Below the pieces are notes generated by a model that ran no database searches, had not been told where the DNA came from, and worked only from the letters and a program-made list of their open reading frames with translations. Shown here piece by piece: positions 13,612 to 27,066 of a DNA stretch of 64,000 bases. Within the stretch, counting starts at the first letter, position 1, and every line of letters starts with the position of its first letter. Source of the stretch: Octopus vulgaris (lineage: Eukaryota); NCBI GenBank assembly GCA_951406725.2, contig OX597820.1, positions 76,198,001 through 76,262,000 of the forward strand. Reading direction: 5' to 3'. A program made the translations under genes and the position numbers.

Positions 13612-13783
13612 TATGGATCAAAACAGTTTGATTTAAATTCGTTGGTACTCTTGGGTTTCAAGCGTGATGCTAGTCGTCAGCTATTGTAAATTTGAATTTC
13701 AAATTCAAAATGGCTAACAACTAGCATCACACTTGAAACTCAAAAGTAAAAATGAATTTGAATGAAACTGTTTTGATCCATAC
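13612..13783. mobile_element. Palindromic (foldback) MITE-like element, ~170 bp
   Basis: tatggatcaaaacagttt...gtttcaagcgtgatgctag...aatttgaa|t|ttcaaatt...ctagcatcacacttgaaac...aaactgttttgatccata folds end to end. Confidence 0.75.
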
Positions 13784-13872
13784 ATGTAATTCCCCATAAA
13801 TGGCTGAGTGTTCTTTCGTTTGTCTACTCACTTGTATACATACATACATTCATACATACATACATACATACA

Positions 13873-13943
<71 letters not shown>

Positions 13944-13945
13944 TC

Positions 13946-13996
<51 letters not shown>

Positions 13997-14057
13997 CAGT
14001 GCTCCAGCATAGCCGCAGTCAACATGACTGAAACAAATAATAATAATAATAATAATC

Positions 14058-14147
<90 letters not shown>

Positions 14148-14344
14148 TGTATGTATGTATGTATGTATGTATATATAGAAAGGTAATGCTTCAAATCATT
14201 TCAAAAATTTGTCTATACTCGCTCATTTTTGGGATGAGGCTTTCCAAGAAAATTTCGAAAGTGTTTTCATTGCATATGTTTATATATATATGCATTACAG
14301 CACAGCGTGTCAGACGGTGTTGCGTCATTGTGGTACGGAATCAG

Positions 14345-14995
14345 GTCTTCAAACAGCGAAGTGAACTGAACATTTTCTTGCTGGAGCAACAGACACAGGC
14401 TTGCCACATGATGACATCTTCATCACAAAGGCTGGTCCATAGCGCTTTCAGAAGAACGGTGAGCTGATGAACAAAGTTCAATGCATCAGTGACCATGGAA
14501 GCTGTAAATGCAATTTCTTGGCGGACAAGGTCTAGAGAGTGGTTTCCATAGTATACAAAAGTATACCAGGTAATTTGTCTTATAATCTCTTTTGTATACC
14601 TGAAATGTTTATGCTCGTAGCACATGCGCCATCAAAGACAAATGCAGCATAATTTTGAACCCAGAGAATTGTTTAAGAAACAAAACCTTAGTCATTGTCT
14701 CCGAAGTGTAGCTAGAAGGGTTATAAAAGCTGAGAAAATTTTCGTGGACATCCTGGTTTTCATGACCTCAATAACTGTCTTTTGTTCCATGCCAAAGCAA
14801 TCACATATAACATCAATAAACATGGAATCTTCAACTATCTTTCTGCTCTCATGCTGGGTGTTATGAGCATATGCCTATAGGCTTTCATTTTGTATGGTAT
14901 CGGATAAGAAACTAACCCATCATTTAAGCTGCTGACTCATTTCTGCAGCATATTCTTCGACAAGTTCTTTTTCGAAATTTAGAAAGTTTCCTGTG
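14345..14995 (-). mobile_element. hAT-superfamily transposase relic (ZMYM1-like/DUF4371 type)
   Basis: Minus-strand translation with stops and frameshifts: GNFLNFEKELVEEY...FLSDTIQNESL...IVEDSMFIDVICD...HENFLSFY...FDGACA...YTFVYYGNHSLDLV. This matches the GNF / SxxIQNE / YDGA / HCxxHxLNL motif order. Confidence 0.7.
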
Positions 14996-15019
14996 ACATG
15001 TGTTAACTTTTTTCTTCGA

Positions 15020-15235
15020 GGATGGAACTAATAACTTCTTTCGTCTTTTACTAAGGATATTCCTTGATCCTTCAGCAATGGAACTGCGAACTGCTATTAT
15101 CTTTCACTAAGGATTTCCTTCCTTCTCTGATCATGAAAGTGCTAACCACCATTATCTTTCACTAAGTACGCTTTTTAAACATTCGATGAACTGGTAACTA
15201 CTAATATCGTTTATTAAAGATGTTCCTTAATTAAT
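15020..15235. repeat. Degenerate tandem repeat, ~55-bp unit, about 4 copies
   Basis: Recurring atggaact...(at)tatctttcactaagga..tcctt. Confidence 0.55.
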
Positions 15236-15439
15236 GCTCTCCAAAGACGGTGTAGTTGGCTTACATGGACATCTTTGTTCAATGATAAATGGTCCACATG
15301 CTCAGCTATTCTAGAAAGAATTTTAAGAAACTTTACCTATTGTTTCTTTATCCCTTGTTTACAATAAATACTTCGAAATTATGCTCGAATTATAAATTAC
15401 ATGTTTTTCTTGTTCATCTCTCTAATATATCAAGTCATC

Positions 15440-15920
15440 CCATAAGTAGTTTCCGGAAATAGCTGTGGGTATGAACCGAACATTGTGAATGAAGTTTGTA
15501 TTGGTGCTAAAGACTGGGTCGAGAATTTATTTCCTCTAGAAGGACGGGTAATAATTTGTTGCATGAGGAAGTCTTTAGTGCTTCCAAGAAGAACATTCAT
15601 ATCTCCCCTGTTCAGTTGTTTAATTTCAGGTTGGTTATAGCCCTCAGGCCAACTGAGATTAGGAAAATTAAAATCCCCTGCTAAAAGTACATTGGCCTGT
15701 AGGCTGGGCTCTTTGGGATTTGACTTATGAGCGACAAAACATCTTTGAAGTGATCTCTGTATTTAGCTTTATCAGTAAAACAGTAGGTAATACATATGAT
15801 CAAATTCAGGTCAATCACATACATTATTAGTGTGTTATACACTGTGTTGGACTGGGACAGGAGGACATTTGTTACCAAGTCTTTTTGGATGAAGATCACT
15901 ATTTCTCCTACTTCGCATAT
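15440..15920 (-). mobile_element. LINE apurinic-endonuclease (APE) domain relic, CR1/Jockey-like
   Basis: Minus strand: IFIQKDLV...LNLIICITY...ANVLLAGDFNFPNLSW...MQQIITRPSRGN...VFSTN...IPTAIS, showing the GDFN and PTR..LD motifs. Confidence 0.75.
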
Positions 15921-16864
15921 TCTAACGCTAACCCTAATCCTAACCTTCCGAGTTCTTTTCCAGGACATAGAAAAACCGAAGGGCTACTGCAATCAATGTG
16001 TGAATCTGAGAGGAGAATATGTGGAATAAAATCATAATCAACTGATCCTCCTGTATTTTCTTTTCCCCAAAGCCAGGAAGTTTTCAACACTTCCACATAT
16101 GTGTGTGTGTGAGTGTGTGTAAGGGCATGTGTGTGTATTTGTGTGTATGTGTACATATATATATCCATACGTATGTGTGTGTGTGTGTTTATGTGTATAT
16201 ATGTATGTGTGTCTGTGTTTGTTTCTGTCCGCCACTCTTGACAACCAATGTTGGCTATTTTACGATCCAGTAAGTTAGCGGTTAGGTAAAAGATCCCAAT
16301 AGAATTAGAATAAGTACCAGACTTCAATGAAATCTAAGTATTGGTTTCTGTTTGTTTGACTAAAACCCATTCAAGGGAGTGCCCAAGCATGGCCGCAGTA
16401 AAACATCTGAAACAGTCAAAGACGAAAGATAAAAAGGACACCAAACAAGACATAATAATGTAGATCAAAGAAACGAAACTCTGCTGACTAATAGAAACTC
16501 GTTGTCCAGCACACGTTAACATAATGTTTTAAGATAAAAGAATACGAACAAATCTAAGCTGGACCAATAAGAAATCGTCAGATACTAAGGACAGACTATT
16601 ATTTTTATTTGACCACGTGATTATTGGGCATATGGTCGTGTAATTAACTGGCTCGGTACCAATCCTCAGCTGAAGCTAGAATTCACAAAACCAGAAAGGA
16701 CATGGTAATTTATAGAAAATTACTGTTGTAGTCAATTTAACAGAATTTAATAGAATTGGGAAATGATGTTGAACATCAAACATCATACCCAGACGTATAG
16801 TTTGTACAATGTACAATTCCGTCAGCATACACATACAAATATGTGTATGCGTACATGAATGAAA

Positions 16865-16904
<40 letters not shown>

Positions 16905-16906
<2 letters not shown>

Positions 16907-17765
16907 CATTAGGGTAATAAGAATTATAGAAAGCTTTATTACCAGCGGCCTTGCGCAAAAGAAATTAGTCAATAGACTATATATTATTCATATAGAATAT
17001 CGTGTACATTAAAACACATTAAAAAGCCTTCATCATAGGGAAGCCTTGCGCTAGAAAGAGCAGTAAACAACTCAAACCACTAATTAGGGATAAATTCTCG
17101 AAGGGAATGAAAGTCTAAAACATTTACCATCTAATTTAGTTCCTACCATCTAGTTTAGATAGTAAATGTTTTTAATTTTCATTCCCTTCGAGAATTTATC
17201 CCTAATTAGTGGTTTGAGTTGTTTACTGCTCTTTCTAGCGCAAGGTTTTCCTATGATGGAGGCCGCTTAATGTGTTTTAATATACACGATATTTTATATG
17301 GATAATACATAGTCTATTGACTAAATTTTTGTGCTCTAGGCCACTGGTAATAAAAATTTCTATAATTCTTATTACCCTAATATTATTTATGTTTTAAATG
17401 ATTTTTGATAAATTTGTTCGAGGTCTTACCGGCATCCTCTCTATTGCCAGTAATAAGCTGCGTCTGCGCAGTGGAATTGAAAAGTTAGAATATGCAAACC
17501 ATGAGTTTACATGCGGAATCGATCTCGTGTGTATATTTAAAATCTAAAGGCTACCTACTGATGAAGACTGGCCTCAGTAAATCGTTTTTACTGAAATAAG
17601 ACAGAAACCATGGTCTAGGAACTAAATTAGATGGTAAATGTTTTTAATTTTCATTCCCTTCAAGAATTTATCCCTAATTAGTGGTTTGAGTTGTTTACTG
17701 CTCTTTCTAGCGCAAGGCTTTCCTATGATGGAAGCCTCTGAATGTGTTTTAATGTACACGATAAT
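16905..17765 (+). mobile_element. Non-coding Penelope-like/retrozyme-type element: inverted copy plus ~472-bp unit plus partial tandem copy, with hammerhead
   Basis: 16905-17145 is the reverse complement of the unit start (matching 17155-17386). The unit start recurs directly at 17616-17765. Flanked on both sides by (TA)n. Confidence 0.8.
17554..17619 (+). ncRNA. Minimal type I hammerhead ribozyme with palindromic stem III
   Basis: CCUA-CUGAUGA-(agacuggcc UCAGUAAA ucguu UUUACUGA aauaagaca)-GAAA-CCAUGG-UC-UAGG. Stem I is CCUA/UAGG and GUC cleavage falls after 17615. The base of stem II is imperfect. Confidence 0.75.
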
Positions 17766-18067
17766 TTATATATATATATATATATGTATATATTTCGTTT
17801 TGGGATTTGGTTTGCAAGATGCTTTATGTGAGTTCGTGTGTTGAAGCATATTCTGTTGTGTCTGGGAAGAGTCATTCTCTTGTTGGTGCCTTATAATTTA
17901 AATTATATATATATATAATTTTAATATGGTTTTGAGTCAAAAATATTGAAAAGGTTGCAAGACGCAAGGAAAATTTTAGAAGAATAAAAAAAAAATGTGG
18001 AAATTTTACCGGTGAGTGTGTTCAATTATAAGGCATCAAAAGAGAATTACTCTCCCCAGACACAATA

Positions 18068-18310
<243 letters not shown>

Positions 18311-18804
18311 AATGGAGAAAAGAAATGTATTCCCAGAGAGGAAGGGAGTTTGTTTTGGCAGCTTAAAATGCACTTGAGCATTAAAACGGCTGGCCGATTT
18401 TGTAACAGATTTAATAAGATATATAACCAGTTTTGACAATTTTCTTTTGTTTATCAAAGGTAAATATTAAACAAAAATGGTTTTAGGGAGAGGTTAAAGT
18501 TACAAGGGGAAATTCGGAAAAATATGCTTAAAAGATCAAATGTTCTTAAAATTTCCAATATTGAAAGTGTTTCACTAAGGAAGGTGGTAATATAAGTTCA
18601 AGTGTTTCAGGAATTTCATTACAGTTACGTGTAATTGAAAGGCTCTGAATAAGCGCCTTCGCTTGGCAATTATAGCGTCAATAATTATGGAATACCTACC
18701 CTCGCACTTTGTCAAGGAAAATATTTTAATAATCGTTTATGAATTTGTGTTGTAAGATTCTTGATGTGAAACCGTGAATTGCAATAGATATTGTATTGCG
18801 GAAT

Positions 18805-19090
18805 ACTCTTTTTCTGTTTTATTTGTGTCAGTCATTTGGCTGCAGCCTTGCTGGAGCACTGCCTTTAGTCGAACAAATCGACCCAGAACTTTTTCTTTGT
18901 AAGTCTAGTACTTATTCTATTGGTTTCGTTTTGCCGAACCGCTAAGTTACGGGGACGTAAACGCACCTGCACCGGTTGTCAAGCGATGGTCAGGGGCAAG
19001 CACAGACACACACAGACACAGACACACACACGCACACACGCACACACACACACATACGCACACACACACACACGTACATACACACACACA

Positions 19091-19127
<37 letters not shown>

Positions 19128-19290
19128 GACAGGTTTCTTTCAGTTTCCGTCTGCCAAATCCACTCACAAGGCTTTGGTCGGCTCGAAGCTATAACAGAAG
19201 ACACTTGCCCAAGGTGCCACACAGTGGGACTGAACCCGGAACCATGTGGTTGGTAAGCAAGCTACTCACCACACAACCACTCCTGCTCCT
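18805..19290 (-). mobile_element. SINE family B, near full length with internal (TA/CA)n
   Basis: Head (reverse complement at ~19130-19290) and tail (18805-19000) match the other copies. Confidence 0.85.
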
Positions 19291-19481
19291 GTATGTTCAT
19301 TTTCTTTTTTCTTTTGCCAAATAAACACACACACTATACATTCGTTCCTGTCCACAAATCTTTCGTCACGTATCTGTGACCTCTTCAACTACACTTTCCG
19401 GCCTCGTGTGTACTCCTGCTCCTCTTACTCCATTCTGTTCTTCTATAATCGTTTTTGCTGTTATTGTTATTGTGGTTGTTA

Positions 19482-19482
<1 letters not shown>

Positions 19483-19560
<78 letters not shown>

Positions 19561-19614
19561 TTACTTCTGCTGTTGCCGCTGCTGTTACTACTACTACTAG
19601 TGATGTTGCTGCCT

Positions 19615-19685
<71 letters not shown>

Positions 19686-19763
19686 ACTACCCCACCATCA
19701 CCACTACTACTAAGACTACTACTACTAATGCTGTTGCTATATCTACTACTACTACTACTGTTG

Positions 19764-19797
<34 letters not shown>

Positions 19798-19990
19798 AAC
19801 TACTACTACCACTACTACTACTACCACCACTGCTGCTGCTGTTCTTGCTGCTCTTCATACCACTACTACAACTACTGCTACTGCTAAAACTACCATGACT
19901 ATCACTACTAATACCACTATTACTAATACAACTGCTACTGCGACAGCCAGAACAAGAACTACTACTACTACTTCTACTACTACTACAAAT
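19483..19990. repeat. (CTA)n/(CTG)n compound trinucleotide tract
   Basis: Read directly from the sequence. Confidence 0.95.
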
Positions 19991-20329
19991 GCCATTACCC
20001 CGAATCTAAAGAACTGCAACCACTTTTGATTTTTGGAATGAAGCATCGTTTTCTTCTGATTCGGACTCTTGTCTCTTAGAATAGTTATTTATATCACCAT
20101 TCAGGCATTATGACATAATATCCGTAGCATGGTAACCACAATCTTTTATACAATTTAATGCCATTACAATTTTTCATTGATGTTGCACATCACAGCAGCC
20201 GATTTGCTTTCTTGCAGAAAACGACAGAGATATCTTTACGTTTCATGTACGACAAAAGCGACTGAGTTTGTTAAGGTTTGATGGTGTATCCAACACTGTT
20301 TGGTTCACACGCTATGCTGTTATAAACGA

Positions 20330-20393
<64 letters not shown>

Positions 20394-21119
20394 TATATAC
20401 GTTTATATCGTCTATGGTACATTGTTTAGTGGAACTTGTTTAGTAGATCACAGACTAAGATATACCATTAATGCAGAAAACTAGTAATGTTTAAACTTTT
20501 TCTATGTAGCATTTACCATTGGCTTTACAACGTAATTTAATTGTTCTTTAGGTTATAAGATTACTTCCGGATCATCTTTCAAACAATTGTAGGAGATAAC
20601 ACAGCAGTAGAAAGACTGTCTGGATATTTGCGGTGACATCTAAAGTTGAAGCTATTGCTTAGAAGAAAAATATTCAGAGATAGTTTTCTCGTTTTTTCTT
20701 CATTGCAAATGGAAGGCGATTTTAGATATCTAACAATTACGTTAGTAAATTCTAAATAAATCAATCTTAATTATGGCTATTGTGATATTGTAATAGTCGC
20801 TTATGTAAAATATTTAATGTATGCACATTTCTGTTGGGCCTATTACTGCGGTATTTAGCATGCAATAAAACATCTGGCGTCCTTGTGAGTCACTGCTGTG
20901 ACGAATTTTTCTCTCCCTCCATTATCTAAATTTTTAACACGCTACAAATACTGCAGAAATTGAAAATAATATAAAAAATATTAAATATGTATATTCTGTA
21001 GTGTTCTTCCTTAGTCTTCTATTTAAAATTCAAGCTTCTGATACCACCATGGTTGATCGAGAAGTGAATATCTCCCACACAACAACTGCAGCCAGGGTGC
21101 ACCACGTCTACATCAACAT

Positions 21120-21425
21120 TCACACTGCTGTGTATCCATGAACGCGAGAGCCTCTATGAAACTGCGTTATTAGCATAAACCAGGGGTGGGAAACAGTTGT
21201 AGTACTTCCATGACTAATACTTTTCTCACTCTACAACTGCTATTGTTGCCATTGAGACCTCAGGATTTTTCGGATCCTGCACTGTTGATTTCTTCCGTAA
21301 AATCGGGATAACTGCGGCCCGTCTAAGAAATGAGTCCTCTGAAGTGGGGGTGGCTATTGTAGCGAGTGTTGCTCGTGATTTTCCGAGACAATACATTTGC
21401 AATCTTGGCCGCGAGGCGGGGCTAA
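21120..21425 (+). mobile_element. CRE-like RLE non-LTR retrotransposon C-terminal relic
   Basis: IVAIETSGFFGSCTVDFFRKIG...RNESSE / WLL*RVLLVIFRDNTFAILA resembles the PIAxETxGxxG...FL..IG...WLFQRxSxAxQRGNAxxIL end of CRE-clade ORFs. Confidence 0.55.
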
Positions 21426-21814
21426 ATACGCCATGCGTTTTGGGGGTGTACAATCCTTAATTTCCTCCACCCGATTCTTCTTCTGATTAATTCGCCTCCC
21501 CCTTTCTCACTTTTTGTTTACTTAGTGAGGTTGTTATAGGGCTTTACCAAAATAATTTAATCGTTTATACTTTTAATGTTTTGCTTTCTTCCTTTTTTTC
21601 CTGTAAAAATATGATGGCAATAAAATTGGGTTTTTAAAAATTAAAAGGTAACTACCATTGTTGTTGTTTATGATGATGTTGACACTACTGGCGCTTATTC
21701 TGTTGCTATCACAAGTAAAAGGGATAACATAATACATAGATAAGATATCAGTTATTCAGACTGCGAGTTCGTGTCCTAATTTTTAACAGATTAATATTCA
21801 TTCTTAGGTTCAAA

Positions 21815-22030
21815 AGGCGGCAAACTGGCAGAATCGTTAACGCACCGGGCAAAATGTTTAGCGGCATTTCGTCTGTGTTTACGTTTAGAGTTCAAATTCC
21901 ACCGAAGTCAACTTTGCCTTTCATCCTTTCGGGATCGATAAAAGGCAAAGCGATTAAACACCGGGGTCGATGTAATCGACCTATGCTCTCCCCGGTCTTG
22001 CTTGCCTTGTGCCAATATTTGAAATCAATA
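21815..22030 (+). mobile_element. SINE family A
   Basis: ggcggcaaactggcagaatcgttaacgcaccgggcaaaatg...gcctttcatcctttcgggatcgata. Confidence 0.8.
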
Positions 22031-23912
22031 TTTATTCTTAGTCTTCATAAAAATATGCTGTTGACTTAGGATTTAATATCTAGAATAAATTTGCGTCAAT
22101 ATGAAATGTCTCTTCTACAAAATACTAAAAACAGTCTCTTCTGCATCCGGACTTAAACATTTAACGTACGTCTGTCAATGGTCCTAGGTCTCATAAGGCC
22201 GGGGTTTCGCCTGGTCTGAATGGCATGTAAGCAAGTGAGAATACAACACGCGCTACTGGGCGGGATATCGGTCAGTTACAGGGTTAACTTTGTAGGTATG
22301 CGTTGATCTCTTTTATAGCCAAGTAGACTGGGGCAATGTGAAATGAAGTGTATTACTTAAGAACACAAAGCATCGCCTGGTCTGGGAATCGAAATCACGA
22401 TTGAATGATCTTGAATGAGGCACTCAAGAAGAAGGATCTTGAATGAAGAGGAGTACTAGGCCACTTGTCTTCGAAACGTTTAAATGCATTTGAAGTGATT
22501 GTCTAAAACTCAGGGTTGAATTCTGACTACACAGTCGGGATAACGAGAAATCAAGAAAAAAAATCTGTGTTGGTCTCCGGTGTTATCTTTTAGTTTTTAT
22601 TTGTCTGAGTCATTTTGTGTTGCAGCCATGCTGGAGCACCGCCTTGAGGGGTTTAGTCGAACAAATCAATCCCTATCTTTAAAGTCAGTTATTTTTTCTA
22701 GCGTTCTCTCTTGCTTATCCGTCAAGTTACTGGGACGTAAACACCATCACTGGTCTTCGTTAGGACGTCAATTTTCTGCAGTTCTCTCCCTCTTGTTTTT
22801 GTTTTTTCCTGATAGCCGTCCTCCTGCAACTGTAATGAACTCGTGCAGCTGTCCACTTGCACTGTAATGAACTCCGAGAGCTTGCAGTTACCATACGTTC
22901 AGTGACCTTCCCCCATACAATATCATACGCCACTTCACAAAAATTAGATTTCTACCGATTTTATTCCAAGTTCTATTGCATGACACTGGCGCCCATAACG
23001 GAACGTACCCCACAGTATATTTTTCTTTAAAAGACCTTCAATATATTTGTCTCATTTACACAGGAGAATCTCCAGAATATGTCTATGCTCGACTGGGGTT
23101 CGTTTCTTTTTTAGCTCTTGCCGTATGGATCGTCTTTCATTCCTCATATTTTGACACAGGGACAACATTGTTTTAGAATCTTCAAGCCTTTGAGATATTT
23201 AGATATTTGTTCAAACTAAAAGAAAGGAAAGAAAGACGGAAAGAAAGAAAGAAATAAAGAAATAAAGAAAGAAAGCAGGAAAGACACAAATAGAGGGAAA
23301 AGAAAACGTTTGGGAAAGAAAAAAAACAAAATGAGTGGTTGTAGGATTAATGTCTTTGAGCGATCTTTATACAAACAAATAATTTCTACTTGTGTAAATC
23401 CGGATACTGGTATCATTCAAGCCTCCTAGATTTTCTTATCTGATAAAATAATAAATGTGATTTACTTACAGTATTCCTGTTGTATATAGTACGACAAACA
23501 GACAGACAGTCAATTCTCACACTTTCGCAGTCTTAGTTTTAATTTCCTCTTCCGTTTTTATTTGCTGTGTAAAAGCGAAGGCGTTGATGTTTTGCTATGT
23601 CTGTACTTTATATTGTTACAGCCATGTCTGTCTTTACGTCGTAAAACTTTATTCATTTTTATAAGATATATTTATTGACAGAAATATTTCACACCTTTCT
23701 TTAGATATCGTCAATTTATAAGATGATAAGACTTTCAGAAAATATCTGTTGAATTTATTTGAGATGCTTTATTGTTTTCTTCTAATTTAAGAACACATTT
23801 CAGACATTCTTTTTTCATTTTATACCATTTTCTACGTATAATCCATACTTTTATTGAGACTTCCATTCATTCATTCATTCATTCATTCATTCATTCATTC
23901 ATTCTTCTTCTT

Positions 23913-24021
<109 letters not shown>

Positions 24022-24025
24022 GTCA

Positions 24026-24239
24026 GGCGACGACTGGCAGAATCGCTAGCGCGTTGGGCAAGATGCTTAGCGGTATTTCGTCCGTCGCTTACGTTCTGAG
24101 ATCAAATTCCGCCGAGGTCGACTTTACCTTTCATTCTTTCAGGGTCGATAAATTAAGTACCAGTTGTGTAATGGGGTCAATGTAATCGACGCATCCCCTC
24201 ACTCAAAGTTGCCGCCCTTGTGTCAAAATTGGAAACCGC

Positions 24240-24240
<1 letters not shown>
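24026..24240 (+). mobile_element. SINE family A, inserted in an (ATT)n tract
   Basis: ggcgacgactggcagaatcgctagc...ggtcgataaattaagtaccag, with (ATT)n on both sides. Confidence 0.8.
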
Positions 24241-24313
<73 letters not shown>

Positions 24314-24314
<1 letters not shown>

Positions 24315-25385
24315 AGCCTCTCGGATAGTTCTTAATTACCGGTTGTTCATTACTTGAAAGCAGGCAATAAAAAAGGTTTTAAGTAGTGCCTTCTCCTGTG
24401 ACTCAAAGACACAATACTCTCCTTAGAATACGAGCTGTACCCAACGATGCTGTCTTTTGGATCACTTCGAGCCTGACAGCAGCGCCAGTATTCTTAATAT
24501 GTTTTTCAAAGCTCTTGGAAACTGCTCTTAATGCTCCAATTACCACCGGTATCACCATTACTTTCTTATCTTGTCCCGCAGAGGCTGGTATTTTTCACTC
24601 TTTTCTGATTCCATACATTTCACCCTCGAATCGCCTGGTATTGCAAAATCTATTATCTTTATTTCTTATTCACCTTTATAGATGATCACGATATCTGGTC
24701 GTCTCGCCTTTATGACTTGATCGCGCTGCGTGTTAAAATCCAAGAGTATTTTGTAATGTTCGTTTTCCATTACTCCCCCTGGCTTGTGTTCATACAATTG
24801 TTTGGCTCTCTCGAGGTTTGCTTTACCACACAACGGTCACTGGACATACCTGGCCACATTGTCGTGTCTCCTTTTGTATTCGCGTAATGCAAGCTTACAG
24901 TACTCACTAACAATATGGCTTATACTTTCTCCCTTCTCAGAGCACATCCTGCACTGCGGCGAGTCAGTGCTTTTATCATTGTGATATTTGGAGTAGTTTG
25001 TTCTGAGAGCTTGTTCTTGAGCGCTGCACACTAATGCCCCAATCTCGTCTTTATTCTTCAAGGACTGACAGTGCATTTTCATGTCCTGCCAAATTTTCTT
25101 CATCTACTCTTTCTGATCTTCCTTTAAATTGTGTTGCATCTACGGCTTCGTCTACTTTTAAGGTTCCCTGCATTTTCATTGCTTCAGTCATTTCTTCTTT
25201 ACCCCCCTTGACATACAAAACCAGGCTATTCTCCTCTTCTCTTACACAACCTTCACAACAAACTAATCACCGTCCTCATTCTTTCCTCTTTAAATACAAT
25301 CTTGACACATCACTCTTGGGGTGTAGTTCCTTGTTCATTGTTATTGATTTACGTGTTCTCCGGTCTATCTCTTGTAATTCGTGCT
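24314..25385 (-). mobile_element. R4/Dong-type RLE LINE, 5'-truncated, with (AAT)n 3' tail
   Basis: Minus strand: LHPKSDVSRLYLKRK...AQEQALRTNY...CRMCSEKGESISHIVS...RRHDNVA...LLDFNTQRDQVIKARRPDIV...PVVIGAL...QKTASLGTARILRRVL (zinc knuckle plus PD..D RLE). Ends at the (ATT)n tract on the + strand. Confidence 0.9.
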
Positions 25386-25774
25386 TCTACCATCATCATC
25401 ATCAGAACAAAGAGTTCACCATCAGTATCTGGCTACGCTGTGTGTTGGAAATGGTGACCCGATTTTCTTCAATACCACACATACACACATACAAAACGCA
25501 TACAAACACACACACGCACGCACGCACACACACACAACACGCACGCACATATACATTGAATTCTAACTACTGTTTATTAGTATCGGTTTACCAAACTAAA
25601 ACCATCTCTCTCTCTCTCTTCCTTTCGCTCTCTCTCTCTCTCTTCCTTTCGCTCTCTCTCTCTCTCTTCCTTTCACTCTCTCTCTCTCTTCCTTTCGCTC
25701 TCTCTCTCTCTTCCTTTCGCTCTCTCACTCTCTCTCTCTCTTCCTTTCGCTCTCTCTCTCTCCCCTCCATATAT

Positions 25775-27011
25775 ATTATAATGAAAAATGCAAACAGAAG
25801 AGATAATATTCTTAAGATTATAAACCTGGAAAAGTATAGAACAAGTTATTACACTTGGAAAAGTTCAGGACAACTTGTTACGTCTGGTAAAGTACAGAAC
25901 AAGAAAATTTCTACTTAAAATATTGCAGCTAAGGATAAAATTTCAAATAAGATATTTAGATTTAGAAAATATTAGCTTTTATTAAAACATAACTCAAAAT
26001 ATTTTTTGTACTTTAAACAAATTCATTTTTTTAGTTATTAGTTAATGATTAAAAATTTGAAAATAGGTTATAAAAAATAATAGTAGTACATAATTAGATA
26101 GTACAATAAATAGAATAATACAAACATTAGACATATTATAGTAAAATCTACAGTGAAATTTGCTTGGGTTATTGCCAAAGTTATTGCAAAGTCTTCACAT
26201 TTTTAGTCATGACCCAATGCCTATTTTTTATATTATGAATATGCCTACCATTTATACTATTCTACTTTGCATAAAACTTTAGCTAAATTTGTACTTCTAG
26301 TTTTCAGTTTTTAAGTGCTCTAGAGTGTTAATATTTTAACAAACATATGGCACCGTTTTTAATTAGAATGTTACGTTGTAAATTAAAATCAAAGAATTTT
26401 TGATATTCAAATTTTATCCTTAGCTGCAATATTCTAAGTAGAAATTTTCTTGGTCAGCACTTTACCTGACGTAATAACTAGTCCTGAACTTTTCTAATTG
26501 TAATAACTTGTCCTCTACTTTTCCAGATTTATATATTTCTTTACTGCCCACAGGGGGCTAAACATAGAGGGGACAAACAAGGACAGACAAAGGGATAAAG
26601 TCGATTACATCGACCCCAGTGCGAAACTGGTACTTTATTTATCGACCCCGAAAGGATGAATGGCAAAGTCAACCTCGGCGGAATTTGAACTCAGAACGTA
26701 GCGACAGACGAAATACTTATTTTTTTACTACCAACAAGGGGCTAAACACAAAGGGGACAAACATGGACAGACAAAGGGATAAAGTCGATTACATCGACTC
26801 CAGTGCGAAACTGGTACTTAATTTATTGACCCTGAAAGGATGAAGGGCAAAATCGACCCCAGCGGAATTTGAACTCAGAATGTGGCAACAGACGAAATAC
26901 TGCTAAGCTTTTCGCCCGGCGTGCTAACGTTTCTGTCAGCTCACCGCCTTACTTTTTCAGATTTATAATCTTAAGAATGTTATCTCTCTTGCTGGCATTT
27001 TCCAATGTAAT
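25775..27011. mobile_element. MITE/foldback element with ~180-bp TIRs, right TIR split by a SINE
   Basis: 25775-25950 is the reverse complement of 26400-26533 plus 26950-27011. The TIR contains ~29-bp subrepeats (ggaaaagt..ag.acaa). Confidence 0.8.
26535..26949 (-). mobile_element. SINE family A dimer with ~18-bp target-site duplication
   Basis: Flanked by tacttttccagatttata (26516-26533) and tactttttcagatttata (26950-26967). Confidence 0.85.
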
Positions 27012-27066
27012 TTATGTTTTTTCCAGGCTATGCTGTTATGCTAATTAATGATGTGTGAAACGTGTC

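Noticed and set aside
22750-23190. Non-repetitive stretch that might be a decayed retroelement ORF
   Set aside because: No diagnostic motif in the frames I translated.
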